NCBI GenBank assembly: GCA_963706005.1 | Contig: CAVPLL010000010.1 | Location: forward strand, 36,429-100,428 | Length of the DNA: 64,000 nt | Source of the DNA: an uncultured Actinomycetes bacterium | GTDB lineage: Bacteria > Actinomycetota > UBA4738 > HRBIN12 | Direction: 5' to 3' | Shown: piece after piece, positions 45,525 to 55,951 of the stretch | How positions within the stretch are numbered: the first letter of the stretch is position 1 | Layout of the letters: each line of letters opens with the position of its first letter | Program-made: the position numbers and the translations under genes | Notes under the pieces: model-generated | Databases searched by the model: none | Told to the model about the DNA's origin: nothing | Seen by the model: the letters and a program-made list of their open reading frames with translations, nothing else

Positions 45525-45718
45525 TGTTCGACTGGGCGTATCTCGACCCGTCCGGCGAGGAGATGGGGCGTTCGCCGCGGTTCGCCGACGCCGATCAGGC
45601 CGAGGACTGGATCGGCTCCTCGTGGCCCGACCTGCTCGAGCACGGCGTGGAGGCCGTCGTGCTGTACGACCACAGCGCAGGCAGGAAGCTGTATCGGATG
45701 GGGCTGGGTTCGGACTAG
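45524..45718 (+). CDS. Small conserved actinobacterial hypothetical protein
   Basis: W.Y.D..G...F..ADQAEDWIG..W..LL..GV..V.L.D pattern. Confidence 0.7.
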   Translation: MFDWAYLDPSGEEMGRSPRFADADQAEDWIGSSWPDLLEHGVEAVVLYDHSAGRKLYRMGLGSD

Positions 45719-45738
45719 CCGGCTCCCCGACGAGGTTC

Positions 45739-46266
45739 CTACCCGGGTGGTCCTTCCCCCCGAACCTTCTCGACGCCGGCTAGCGCCTCGCGCAGGTCCT
45801 TCAGCCACTCGTCCTGCTTCTGCGCGACTAGGCGGACGCACCAGGCGAGCGCGTGACTCCGCGAACGGGCCACGCCGCCCTCGACCAGCGTGTCGAGCAC
45901 CCGGCGCTCTTCCATCCGGAGCCGCGTCATGGCCGGCACGCTCACCGTGGTGAACAGCTTCCGAACGTCCCCGCACTCGGCGCCCCATGAGACCCGGCGA
46001 CCGAACCGATGCTGGGCTTCCTGCGCGATCCGCATCCGGTGCTCGCGGGTGTCCTCCCGGAACCCGTCGATGCGGGCCACTCGGGCGGCTGCGGTCGCCT
46101 CCGCCGTGGCTTCGGACGGCAGTTCGGGATCGGAGAGCGTGCCGACGACGAGGATCTCGTCCCGGTCGGAGGCGACGTCCGGCGTTCCGACGAACCACTC
46201 ACCGGGGATCCGGCCGGCGAACCACCCGCCGACCTCTTCCCTCGATCCGGAGCCGCTCGTGTGCAT
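45739..46266 (-). CDS. Conserved actinobacterial protein with C-terminal RHH-like segment
   Basis: WFAGRIPGEWF, FREDTREHRMRIA, MTRLRMEERRVLDTLVEGGVARSRSHALAWCVRLV. Confidence 0.75.
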   Translation of the reverse strand: MHTSGSGSREEVGGWFAGRIPGEWFVGTPDVASDRDEILVVGTLSDPELPSEATAEATAAARVARIDGFREDTREHRMRIAQEAQHRFGRRVSWGAECGDVRKLFTTVSVPAMTRLRMEERRVLDTLVEGGVARSRSHALAWCVRLVAQKQDEWLKDLREALAGVEKVRGEGPPG

Positions 46267-46301
46267 GAGGCGATGATTACACCATTACAGGTAATTGTCA
46301 A
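46267..46301 (-). promoter_or_regulatory. Probable leaderless promoter with overlapping operator repeats
   Basis: Minus strand TTGACA-N17-AATCAT with TGn extension, 6 nt before ATG; spacer contains ATTAC-N2-GTAAT and repeated TGTAAT. Confidence 0.65.
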
Positions 46302-46394
46302 CTCGGTTCCGCTCCGGCCGCTCGATGCGCTCGACGGCACCCTGCCCAGATGGAAGGATGACCGCGACCGGCGCTCGCCGGGATGGGAGGCCCG

Positions 46395-47039
46395 ATGAAT
46401 CACACGGAGAGCTCGACGCGCACGCCCCTCGGAGGCGTCTTGGCGATCGTCGGTGGTGCCATGCTCGCCATCGGCTCGTTCCTCGCCTGGGCAGAGGTGT
46501 CCGGGGGTGGCACGAGCGTCACGGCGAAAGGTGTCGACGGCTCGGACGGGTACATCACGCTGGCGGCGGGCCTCGTCGCCCTCGTGGTCGGGATCGTGAT
46601 GATGCGGGGAACCAAGCGGATGCTGGCCATCCTCGCGATCCTCGCCGGGATCGTCGGCGGCGGGATCGGCTTGTACGACGCGCTGACGGCCAAGGACAGC
46701 GTCCTCGATGCCGCAGCCGAGGAGCTCGCTCCGAGCTTCGGCGCCTCGACGCAGCAGGTGCGGGCGGCGCTCGACCAGGCGATCGACGCCGGGCAGCTGA
46801 GCGTCTCGATCAGCATCGGTCTGTACGTCGTGATCGCCGGTGGCATCGTTGCCCTCGTCGGGGGGATCGCCGGCCTGCGCGGATCGGCGTCCGAGCCTGC
46901 CGGCACGGCCGCCACCTTCTCGTCGGCTCCCTCGTCGGCTCCGCCTCCCCCGACGGCGACGACCGCGGTCGGAGACGTCCCACCGGCCCCGGCGCCTCCT
47001 CCCGCGCCCTCTCCCCCGACCGACGAAGCCGGCGTCTGA
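46395..47039 (+). CDS. Membrane protein, paralog 1
   Basis: Four hydrophobic helices, GSFLAWAEVS..G.DG, Pro-rich tail. Confidence 0.8.
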   Translation: MNHTESSTRTPLGGVLAIVGGAMLAIGSFLAWAEVSGGGTSVTAKGVDGSDGYITLAAGLVALVVGIVMMRGTKRMLAILAILAGIVGGGIGLYDALTAKDSVLDAAAEELAPSFGASTQQVRAALDQAIDAGQLSVSISIGLYVVIAGGIVALVGGIAGLRGSASEPAGTAATFSSAPSSAPPPPTATTAVGDVPPAPAPPPAPSPPTDEAGV

Positions 47040-47044
47040 CGGCG

Positions 47045-47662
47045 GTGCACGGCCGCGCCATCGCGGCGGGCACGCTCGCCCTCGCGGGGGGTGTGGCCGC
47101 GGTCCTCGGTTCCTTCCTCGCCTGGGCGGAGATCTCGGCCGGGCCGTTCTCGGAGCGGGCGACGGGGATCGACGGCTGGGAGGGCAAGGCGACGATCGTG
47201 GGCGGCGCCGTCATGCTCGTGGCCGGCATCCGTGTGTTCGCCGGTTCGGATCGGGCGCTCGCCCGGTTGCGGCTCGGCGCCGCGATCGGTGGCCTGGTCG
47301 CGGCGGGTGTCGGTCTCTACACGGCGCTCACCGTGCGCGACCAGCTGCTCGATGCGGCCTCGGCGGAGCTCCCAAGGGCCGAGGTCGAGCGCGCGCTGGA
47401 CACCGGTCTGCTCCATCTCTCGATCGCCGTCGGCCTGTACCTGGTGATCGCCGGAGGCCTCCAGGGGATCCTCGCAGCGTCGGTGGCGCTGGGGGTGCGA
47501 GACAGGCCGCCCGCGGCGTCCGGGGCCGGCCTGCGAGGGTGGTCCGCTACGGACGGGGGGGTCACGAAGGGGCCGGTGACGCCCACGCAGGTCACGGCGC
47601 CCGACACGCCCCCGCCCGCTCCGGGACACGCTCCGGGCGGTGGTGGCGGCTCGTCGAGATGA
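47045..47662 (+). CDS. Membrane protein, paralog 2
   Basis: GSFLAWAEIS..GIDG, GLY.ALT..D..LDAA, SIAVGLYLVIAGG shared with the upstream gene. Confidence 0.78.
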   Translation: MHGRAIAAGTLALAGGVAAVLGSFLAWAEISAGPFSERATGIDGWEGKATIVGGAVMLVAGIRVFAGSDRALARLRLGAAIGGLVAAGVGLYTALTVRDQLLDAASAELPRAEVERALDTGLLHLSIAVGLYLVIAGGLQGILAASVALGVRDRPPAASGAGLRGWSATDGGVTKGPVTPTQVTAPDTPPPAPGHAPGGGGGSSR

Positions 47663-48063
47663 ATGCCGAGGAGCATCGCCTCGACACCCGTGGCCGGCGG
47701 GTCGTCGATGTGACCGAGCTCGTCCGCGCCTTCTGCTCCTCCGATGGTCGCGACGGTCTCGTCCACGTCTTCGTGCCCCACGCGACGGCCGGCGTGGCGC
47801 TCATGGAGACGGGTTCGGGCTCGGAGGACGATCTCGAAGGGTTGCTCGAGCGCCTCCTGCCGCGCGACGATCGGTATCGGCACCGGCACGGCTCGGTGGG
47901 CCACGGCGGCGATCACCTCCTGCCGGTCCTCGTGTCGCCCTCCCTGTCGATCCCGGTCGACGCGGGACGGCCGGCGCTCGGGACGTGGCAGCGCGTCGTG
48001 GTGGTGGATCCGAACCGCGAGAACGACCAACGTCGTCTCCGCCTGACGTTCGTACCGGCCTGA
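47659..48063 (+). CDS. YjbQ/UPF0047 family protein
   Basis: FVPHATAG, YRHRHGS..HG.DH, LGTWQ. Confidence 0.9.
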   Translation: MNAEEHRLDTRGRRVVDVTELVRAFCSSDGRDGLVHVFVPHATAGVALMETGSGSEDDLEGLLERLLPRDDRYRHRHGSVGHGGDHLLPVLVSPSLSIPVDAGRPALGTWQRVVVVDPNRENDQRRLRLTFVPA

Positions 48064-48118
48064 CCCGCGCCGACGTTCGTGCCGGCGCGCGGGCCGTCGG
48101 CCTCGCGTGGCGGGCGAC

Positions 48119-48505
48119 CTACAGATACAGGCCGGGTTGGCGTTCCTTGCCGTCCGGGGCCGAGGAGACGGCCTGAACGTCCCGCTCGCGGAGCAGGAGG
48201 CAGTCCCGACCTTCGAGCTCGACTTCGAGACCCGCCTGGGGCAGGTACAGGATCCGGTCGCCCGCCTTCGCGGTCCGCACGTCGGGGCCGACGAGGAGGA
48301 CGTCGCCCCACACGCATCGCTTGGGGGCCGGCGCGGCGGTCGCCGGGATCAGGAGTCCGCTCCGCGAGGTGCGTTCGCCGTTGTCCGGGTTCTCGACCAC
48401 GATCCGATCGCCGGTCAGGCGGATGTCCTCCGTCTTGGTGGAGGGGGCGCGCTTCTTCCGTGCCTTCGACGCGCGGGGCTTGGACGGCTTGGCGGGATCG
48501 GCCAT
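48119..48505 (-). CDS. GroES-like co-chaperonin (divergent actinobacterial type)
   Basis: GDRIVV, GERTSRSGLLIPATA, VGPDVR..K.GDRILY, LLRERDV.A, GLYL C-terminus. Confidence 0.82.
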   Translation of the reverse strand: MADPAKPSKPRASKARKKRAPSTKTEDIRLTGDRIVVENPDNGERTSRSGLLIPATAAPAPKRCVWGDVLLVGPDVRTAKAGDRILYLPQAGLEVELEGRDCLLLRERDVQAVSSAPDGKERQPGLYL

Positions 48506-48586
48506 GGCAGCGATTGTAGTCGCGCGACTTCGAGTGACCGGGGCGGCAGGTGACCGAGCGCGCCCGGCGGGTACGATGCTCGCCCG

Positions 48587-49450
48587 ATGAAGGCGAACGA
48601 GGTCCTCACCGACGCGGTCGCGACGCTCAAGGCGTCGACGGCCATCGACCACTGGCAGCGCGATCGCGAGGAGATCGAGGCCGATGAGCTGTTGAGCTTC
48701 GCGCTCGGCGCCGACCGGGTCGATCCGCGGGACGAGGTCCCCACGCCCGTCCGCCGGCGCTTCGATCGGATGATCGCCCGTCGGGCGGCGGGCGAGCCGG
48801 TCCAGCTCATCACCGGCCAGGCCGTGTTCCGAGGCCTGCAGATCGCGGCGCGTCCCGGCGTGTTCGTCCCACGGGATTCGACCGAGTACCTCGCGGAGCA
48901 GGCGATCCGCAGGCTCCGCCGGCGTCGTCGCCCGATCGCCGTCGACCTCGCGACGGGAGGCGGAACGGTGGCCCTAGCGATCGCGAACGAGGTCCGTGGG
49001 GTGCGCGTGTTCGGAACGGACATCTCGGCGACGGCCGTGCGCGTTGCGCGGGAGAACGCGCGACGGCTGCGGCTCCGTGCGACCTTCCGTAAGGGCGATC
49101 TGTTCGGCGGGCTGCCGAGTGATCTCGAGGGCCATGTCGACGTGATCACGCTCCATCCGCCGTACGTCGCCCGGGACGAGCTGCACGAGCTCCCCGAGGA
49201 GATCCGTCGGTTCGAGCCCGCTCACACCCTGACCGATCGGAGCCTGAACGGTCTCGGGCTGGTGGGGCGTGCCGCGTCGGAGGGCCCGCGCTGGCTCAAG
49301 CGGGGCGGATGGCTGCTGATCGAGGTGAGCCCCGACCGAGCGCGAGCTGTGGCTACCGTCCTGCGGCACGATGGGTTCGAAGACGTCCGGAGCACGATGG
49401 ATCGGGGCTTCAAGGTGACCCGCGTCCTCGTGGGCCGCTGGCGCGGATGA
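48587..49450 (+). CDS. HemK/PrmC-family methyltransferase
   Basis: RRAAGEPVQLITG, GVFVPRDSTE, VDLATGGG, HPPY in place of NPPY. Confidence 0.85.
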   Translation: MKANEVLTDAVATLKASTAIDHWQRDREEIEADELLSFALGADRVDPRDEVPTPVRRRFDRMIARRAAGEPVQLITGQAVFRGLQIAARPGVFVPRDSTEYLAEQAIRRLRRRRRPIAVDLATGGGTVALAIANEVRGVRVFGTDISATAVRVARENARRLRLRATFRKGDLFGGLPSDLEGHVDVITLHPPYVARDELHELPEEIRRFEPAHTLTDRSLNGLGLVGRAASEGPRWLKRGGWLLIEVSPDRARAVATVLRHDGFEDVRSTMDRGFKVTRVLVGRWRG

Positions 49451-49460
49451 TCGTCCGCGG

Positions 49461-51420
49461 ATGACCGACCCCGAACCCATCCCGTACGGCGCGTGGCCCT
49501 CGCCGATCACGGCGGAGCGGGCCGCGAAGGGCTCGATCGTGCTGAGCGAGACGCGCGCGGTCGGCGAGTCGACGACCTGGCTCGAGCGCCGACCCGAGGA
49601 GCAGGGGCGGTCCGTCGTCGTGCGTTCGGAGCCAGGGGCGGAGCCGGTGGACGTCACGCCTGCTGGTCTGTCGGTCCGGACCCTCGTCCACGAGTACGGC
49701 GGCGGCTCCTACGCGGTCTCCGGCTCGACCGTCCACTTCGCGAACCTCGACGACCAACGGCTCTATCGCCAGGACGCGGGCGGGGCGCCCACCCCGATCA
49801 CCCCCGAACCGGCGACGCCGCGCGGGCTGCGCTACGCCGACCTGGACGTGTCGCCCGACGGCCGATGGATCGCCTGCGTCCGCGAGCGTCACGAGGCCGA
49901 AGGGATGCCGGTGAACGAGCTCGTGGTGATCGCCGCCGACGGGTCCTCGACCTCCATGCTCGCCTCAGGACGGGACTTCTACGCGTTCCCGCGGTGGGCG
50001 CCCGACGGCGCACGCGTCGCGTTCATCGCGTGGGACTTCCCGCGGATGCCCTGGGACGGGACCGAGCTCTTCGTGGTCGAGGTCGCGTCGGACGGATCTG
50101 CAGGATCGTCGCGCTCGGTCGCGGGGGGCGAACGCGAGTCGATCTTCCAACCGGCGTGGGGGCCCGATGGCTCGTTGGCCTTCGTCTCGGATCGAACGGG
50201 CTGGTGGAACCTGTATCGGGAGGGGGCCGACGGCGAGCAGACGAACCTGACGCCGATGGCCGCCGAGTTCGCCATCCCGATGTGGCTCTTCGGCTACGCG
50301 TCGTACGGCTTCCTCTCGGACGGGAGGATCGTCTGCGCCTATCGCCAGCGAGGCACCCACCACCTTGCGCTCCTCGATCCGTCCACACGGGAGCTCCTCG
50401 ATCTGGATCTGCCCTACGCGACGTTCGAGCCGGCGCTCAGCGTCTCGGGACAACGGCTCGCGTTCATCGCCGGCGGGCCGACGACGCCGACGAAGGTGGT
50501 CACGCTCGACTTCTCGACGCGAGCGGTCGAGGTCCTCCGCGAGAGCGACGTCGTGGACTTCGATCCCGCGTTCCTGTCCGTGCCTGAGCCTCTGGAGTTC
50601 CCGACCACCGATGGGCAGACCGCGTATGCGTACTACTACCCGCCGACGAATCCGGCGGTGGTCGCTCCCGACGGCGAACGTCCGCCGTTGCTCGTCAACG
50701 TCCACGGCGGACCAACGTCGGAGGCGGACCCGGAACTGCACCTCGAGGTGCAGTTCTTCACCAGCCGTGGGTTCGCGTACGCCGAGGTGAACTACCGCGG
50801 GAGCACCGGTTACGGGCGGGGCTTCCGCGAGAGCCTGTACGGCAGGTGGGGCATCGTCGACGTCGACGACGCCGTGGCGGCCGCTCGGCACCTGGTCGAA
50901 CGAGGTCTGGCTGATCCCGACCGCCTGTTGATCTCCGGCGGCAGCGCGGGCGGATGGACGACCCTGTGCGCCCTCACGTTCCGAGAGGTGTTCGCGACGG
51001 GATCGAGCTACTTCGGGGTCTCGGATCTCGAGCCGTTCGCCGAGACCACGCACAAGTTCGAGTCGAAGTACCTCGACGTCCTGGTCGGACCGTGGCCGGA
51101 GGCGGCAGACCTGTGGGCCGAGCGTTCCCCGGTCCGGCACGCCGATCGCCTCTCGCGCCCGCTCCTGATCCTCCAGGGCGACCAGGACGAGGTCGTGCCG
51201 CCCTCGCAGGCCGAGGTGATCGTCGAGGCCCTCGAGCGACGCGGCCTGCCCTACGCCTACCTGCTCTTCGAGGGTGAGCAGCACGGGCTTCCGCAAGGTC
51301 GAGAACATCGCGCGGGCCCTCGAGGCCGAGCTGACCTTCTACGGCGAGATCCTGGGCTTCGAGCCCGCCGACCGGCTGCCGCCCCTGGAGATCCGGAACC
51401 TCCCGCCGAGCCCCGCGTAG
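49461..51420 (+). CDS. S9 family prolyl oligopeptidase/acylaminoacyl peptidase (frameshift near 51287)
   Basis: [20 protein letters not shown] nucleophile, QGDQD, EQHG(FRK) continuing in a shifted frame to TAG 51420. Confidence 0.92.
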
Positions 51421-51499
51421 ACCCGGGACGTTCGGGCCGGTCGAGAGGGGCCGATGGACCCGGCGCGGCCGTCCCCCCCTCCGCGACCATGGCGGCGTC

Positions 51500-52018
51500 A
51501 TGAGCTCGCGAGCCACCTACGTCGCCTGGCGACTCCTCGTCCGGCTGGTCCCCGCCGCCCTACTGCTGTGGGCCGGCCTCAGCAAGGCATTCGACCGGCA
51601 GGGGTCGATCCTCGCCGTCGACGCCTACGGGGTCCTGCCCGACACGCTCGTGCGCGTCGTCGCCGCGCTCCTGCCGTGGATCGAGATCGGCGTCGGCCTC
51701 CTGCTCGTCCTCGGGCTGTTCGTCAGGTTCGCGGGGATCGCGACCGCGGTCCTCGCGTCCGTGTTCATCGTGGCGTTGGCACAGGCCAAGGCGCGCGGTC
51801 TCGCGATCGACTGCGGATGCTTCGGCGGCGGTGGCGCGGGCGACGGCGTGAGCTGGTGGGACATCGCGCGCGACGTCCCGATCGCGCTCGCCGGGATCTA
51901 CCTCGCCCTGCGGCCGCGGGGACCGCTGCAGCTCGACAACCTTCTCGGAGTGACGGAGGACCACGATGGTGAAGACCGCGGATCGAACGAAACGCGAACG
52001 CCGGCTCGATCGGGCTGA
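51500..52018 (+). CDS. MauE/DoxX family redox-associated membrane protein
   Basis: AGLSK, LPWIE, RGLAIDCGCFG, DIARD. Confidence 0.9.
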   Translation: MSSRATYVAWRLLVRLVPAALLLWAGLSKAFDRQGSILAVDAYGVLPDTLVRVVAALLPWIEIGVGLLLVLGLFVRFAGIATAVLASVFIVALAQAKARGLAIDCGCFGGGGAGDGVSWWDIARDVPIALAGIYLALRPRGPLQLDNLLGVTEDHDGEDRGSNETRTPARSG

Positions 52019-52629
52019 GGCCAAGGCCGAGGCCCGGAGGCGGAAGGAGCGCCGGCGACGGCTCGGATGGGTCCTCGGCGGGCTCGCCGTCGCGGGCGCG
52101 ATCGCGATCGCGTTCGTCGCGTTCCTCGGAGGGAGCGGCGAACCGGGGGCCGGTCCCGCGGACCGAGCGGTCGTGGTCGCGGGCGGCCCGTCACGCTCGG
52201 AGCCGCTCGCCCGTGGGGACGCCGTTCCCAACTTCTCCGCACCCGGGTCTGGCGGGCGGCACGGTCGCGTGGGAGGGCTTCTCGAACCGGCCCACGGTGC
52301 TCGCGGTATGGGCGCCCTGGTGCCCGCACTGCCAGGTCGAGCTCCCGGTCCTCGATCGGGTCATGCGCGAACACCCGCGCGTGGGATTCGTGACGCTCGT
52401 GACGGCCGTGGGTGACCGGCCGGGGCCTACGCCGGAGGGGTACATGGCCGACCACGGTCTGACGTTCCCCGTGGCGGTGGACGACGACAGCGGGACGATC
52501 GCCAACGCGCTCGGGGTGCCGGGCTTCCCGATGCTCTACTTCGTTTCGTCGGACGGGAAGGTCGTGTTCGCGGCCTCGGGGGAGGTCGACGAGGCATCGC
52601 TCCGCGAGGCGGTCTCGAGGCTCTCCTGA
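51966..52629 (+). CDS. TlpA-like membrane-anchored thiol-disulfide oxidoreductase (frameshift near 52243)
   Basis: Basic N-terminus, TM helix and GDAVPNFSAP in ORF 51966; WAPWCPHC and cis-Pro GFP in ORF 52213..52629. Confidence 0.87.
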
Positions 52630-52780
52630 GGCCGAAGGCCGAAGGGAGAGGGGGCGCGGGGGGCCCGGTCCCTGACCCGACCCCCCGCTCGAGAGGGGGC
52701 GCGTTTCCTCTCGTGGCGGAGGGCACCGTACCCGGGGTCTGTGACGACCCGACGGCGTTCGGATGTCGGCGGCGTGAACG

Positions 52781-52951
52781 CTAGTGCTTGATCGGCCAGG
52801 TGGCGGCCGCGAGCGCGGCGCGTCCGATCCGGCGGGTGAGGCTCCGAGACTGCAGGGCCTTGCTCCTGCGCGTCGAGCGCGCCAGACGATCGGCCTCGGC
52901 GTCGCGAACGCGATCGGCGATCTGGTACCGGGCCATCTCTCCGCTCAGCAT
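52781..52951 (-). CDS. Small hypothetical protein (56 aa)
   Basis: AGGAGG RBS; MLSGEMARYQIADRVRDAEADRLAR...WPIKH. Confidence 0.65.
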   Translation of the reverse strand: MLSGEMARYQIADRVRDAEADRLARSTRRSKALQSRSLTRRIGRAALAAATWPIKH

Positions 52952-53022
52952 CTCCGCACCTCCTGTCTGGACCCCGGTTTCGGGAACCTCGAGCACGGTA
53001 CGTCCGGGCCGGGGTTCGGAGC

Positions 53023-53061
53023 GGTGACGCGGCGCACGAGCCGCCGGTGACCTCCGTCACG
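53023..53061. promoter_or_regulatory. Two CRP-type boxes in a divergent intergenic region
   Basis: GGTGA-N6-GCACG (53023) and GGTGA-N6-TCACG (53046). Confidence 0.5.
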
Positions 53062-53097
53062 TTGCACGACGGCGCCGCCGGGGTCGAAGATGCGCCC

Positions 53098-53793
53098 GTG
53101 ATCCGTCGACGCGCGCCGGGCGCGAGCGTGTTCGTGGTCGCCATGGTGGTGCTCGCCGTGACCGCCGGAGGCGCCTGGGCGCAGTCGGCCTCCCCGAGCC
53201 CCGCACGCGGGCCGAGCGTGTCGGGCCAGGTGACCGGCGCCCTGTCGGCGGGGTCCCGCCTCGTCATCCGCGTCGACGCGACGATGCCGGGCGGCTAGCA
53301 GGCTCTCCACCTGGTCGAGGTGTCCATCGTTTCGGGGAACCGGGTGCTCGAGCCCCTGCGGTTCGACATCGAGGACAACAAGCTCACGGTGGGCGAGCAG
53401 GAGAGCCTCATCGTGGGGACCGGTGCGGTCGCCACGGGCGACTACCTGAGCGTGAGCGGTGCGGACGTCGTCCTGACCACCGGCGGCGCGAACCTGTCCT
53501 TCGAGGTCGACGCGAAGGTGATCCAGGCGATCCCGGAGAGCGCGAAGTTCGAGATGCGGGTCGTCGACGACCTCGGCGGGTCCGCCCAGACCACACGCGC
53601 GCTGGCCGCACCCGAGGGCGGCGGGATCACGTGGGGGACCGTGGTCGCTCTGATCGCCGCCGCTCTGTTCGCGGGCGGGTTCGTCGGGAACATGTTCGCG
53701 TCCAAGCGCCGCCCAGCCCCGCGAGCGTCGGTCTACGACGCGGTCCAGCGCAGGCTCGAGACCGATCGCGCCGCCAAGGGTCGCTCGACGTGA
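53098..53793 (+). CDS. Secreted, C-terminally anchored beta-rich protein; one in-frame TAG at 53296
   Basis: ORFs 53047..53298 and 53320..53793 share a frame; signal peptide at N-terminus, TM helix and basic tail at C-terminus. Confidence 0.7.
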
Positions 53794-55946
53794 GCCCACA
53801 GGACATCTACCGGCTCATCGCTGAAGACATCGAGGCGAACGGCGCGAGCGACGGCACCGACGTCTGGGAGCGGCTCAACCTTGTCATCGATCCGACCGAG
53901 CTCCGGCCGAAGCTTGCGGAGGACATCGAGATCAGGATGTTCGACCAGCGATGGGGCGACGGTTACGTGATGATCGCGAACCCTCGCGACCTCCTCCACT
54001 ACCGTCTCGCGGCGTCCGATCTGGAGCTGCTTGGAGATGATCGACGGCACGCGGACGGTGAAGGAGATCGTGATCGAGCGCTTCGAGGACTCCGGTGAGA
54101 TCGAGCTGTCCACCGTGATCGACCTCGTGCGGTCGCTGTACCAGGGCAACTTCCTCGAGCAACGCTACGTCGACGTCCCGGGCATGGTGACGCGTGCGAT
54201 GGATCCGGTTACCGAGCGGCGTCGCAAGGCCCGGCAGTTCGGCAAGACCCTGTCGATCGAATGGGAGGGGGCGCATCGGCTGGTCCAATGGCTCTACGAC
54301 CATGGCCTCAAGTGGGTCTTCACGCCGGCAGTCTTGGTCCTGCTGGTCGCAGCGGCGGTCATCGGCCTGGGCTTCTTCATCGACCTCTTGCGGAACCAGC
54401 GGTTCGCGATCGCCGGGTCGGTCGCTGGCGATCGGTTTCGTCGTGCTGATCGTCCTGGATTACGTGATGGTGTTCTGCCACGAGCTCGGGCACGCGGTGG
54501 TCATCGTGCGAAACGGCCGGCGCATCCGGAGCGCCGGATTCCAGATCTACTTCGGGTCGCCCGCGTTCTTCGTCGAGAGCTCGGACGGACTGATGATGGA
54601 TCGGCGCCAGCAGGTCATCGAGTCGTTCGCCGGCCCTTTCGCGCAGCTCGTCCTGGCCGGCATGGCGTCGATGATCGCCTGGTCATTCCCCGGTTGGATC
54701 CTCTCGGAGACGATGTACAAGTTCGCTGTCTTGAACTACCTCGTCGTCATCATGAACCTGATCCCGTTGCTCGAACTCGACGGGTACTACATACTCGCGG
54801 ACCTGATCGAGGTGCCCGACCTCCGCGAGCGTTCGCTCGTCTTCATGCGTCGAGATCTCTTCCACAAGCTGCGGACCCGTGAGCGGTTCTCCAAGCGCGA
54901 TGTGGGCTTGGCCCTGTATGGGGTGCTCGGTATCGCGTTCACGATCTTCTCCCTGTACACGGCCTACTACTACTGGCAGACCGTGTTCGGCGATCTCGTG
55001 AGCCGGCTCTGGGCAGGAGGGCTCGCGACGAGGGCGCTCCTCCTCATCCTGGCGGCCTTCATCGCCGGGCCGCTGTTGCGCGGCCTTGTCAAGCTCCTGC
55101 GAGCGATCGGTCGGGAGGTACGGGCGGTCTGGCGTCGGATCCGGTTCCGGATGGAGACCGGGTGGCGGGTCGAGGCGTCGGAGCTGATCGACGCGCTGCC
55201 GATGTTCGAGGACATCCCCGTGGACAGCCTGAACGAGATCGCCGGCCGCGTTCGGCTGCGGGCCCTCGGCGCCGGACAATCGGCCTTCCGCCAGGGCGAC
55301 CAACCCGATGCCTTCTACGTCGTGCGCAAGGGCGTCCTCGAGGTGGTGGAGGAGGATCCCGAGAGCGGGATCGAGCGCCGGATCCGAGACCTGGGCCGCG
55401 GCGAGTCGTTCGGCGAACTCGGCCTGGTGACCACCGCGCCCCGCGCGGCGACCGTCCGCGCCGTCGGCGCCGCGGAGGTCTTCGAGGTGGACAAGGGCAC
55501 CTTCGACCACTTGCTCGCGGACATGCTCCATCTCCCGGACTTCGAGCCCACGATGCAGCAGGTAGCCGAGCTCCGTGGCCTAACCTGCTTCGCGGCCTTT
55601 TCCACCACACAGCTGTGGGAGCTCCTGGATCGGGGGGCGTGGGTCAGCTTCGCGCCGGGTGAACAGATCATGCGCGAGGGCGACGTCGGCGATTCGTTCT
55701 ATGCGATATCGTCCGGCCAGGTCGACATCGTCAAGGGCGAGAGGCTGGTGAAGACGATCGGCCGCGGGTCGTATTTCGGCGAGGTCGCGCTCCTGATGGA
55801 GGTGCCTAGGACGGCAACGGTGACGGCGCGGACCCCGGTCCGAGCCTTCCGCCTCGATCAGCGAGGGGTTCGACCGCATAGTTGGTGATGCCTTCCGCCG
55901 TGGGAGCCTCATCTCGCACGCCGTCACCGAAGAGCTGACCCACTAG
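53790..55946 (+). CDS. M50 site-2 protease with RRE/PqqD-like N-terminus and two cNMP-binding domains (frameshifts near 54030, 54415, 55860)
   Basis: HELGH, AGP, NLIPLLELDGYY; IDGTRTVKEI helical segment; FGELGLVTTAPRAATV and FGEVALLMEVPRTATV phosphate-binding cassettes. Confidence 0.85.
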
Positions 55947-55951
55947 CCGAG

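Noticed and set aside
53296-53298. In-frame TAG as pyrrolysine or programmed readthrough
   Set aside because: No pyl genes in view, TAG is a normal stop in many genes here, and a TGG-to-TAG error or mutation is simpler
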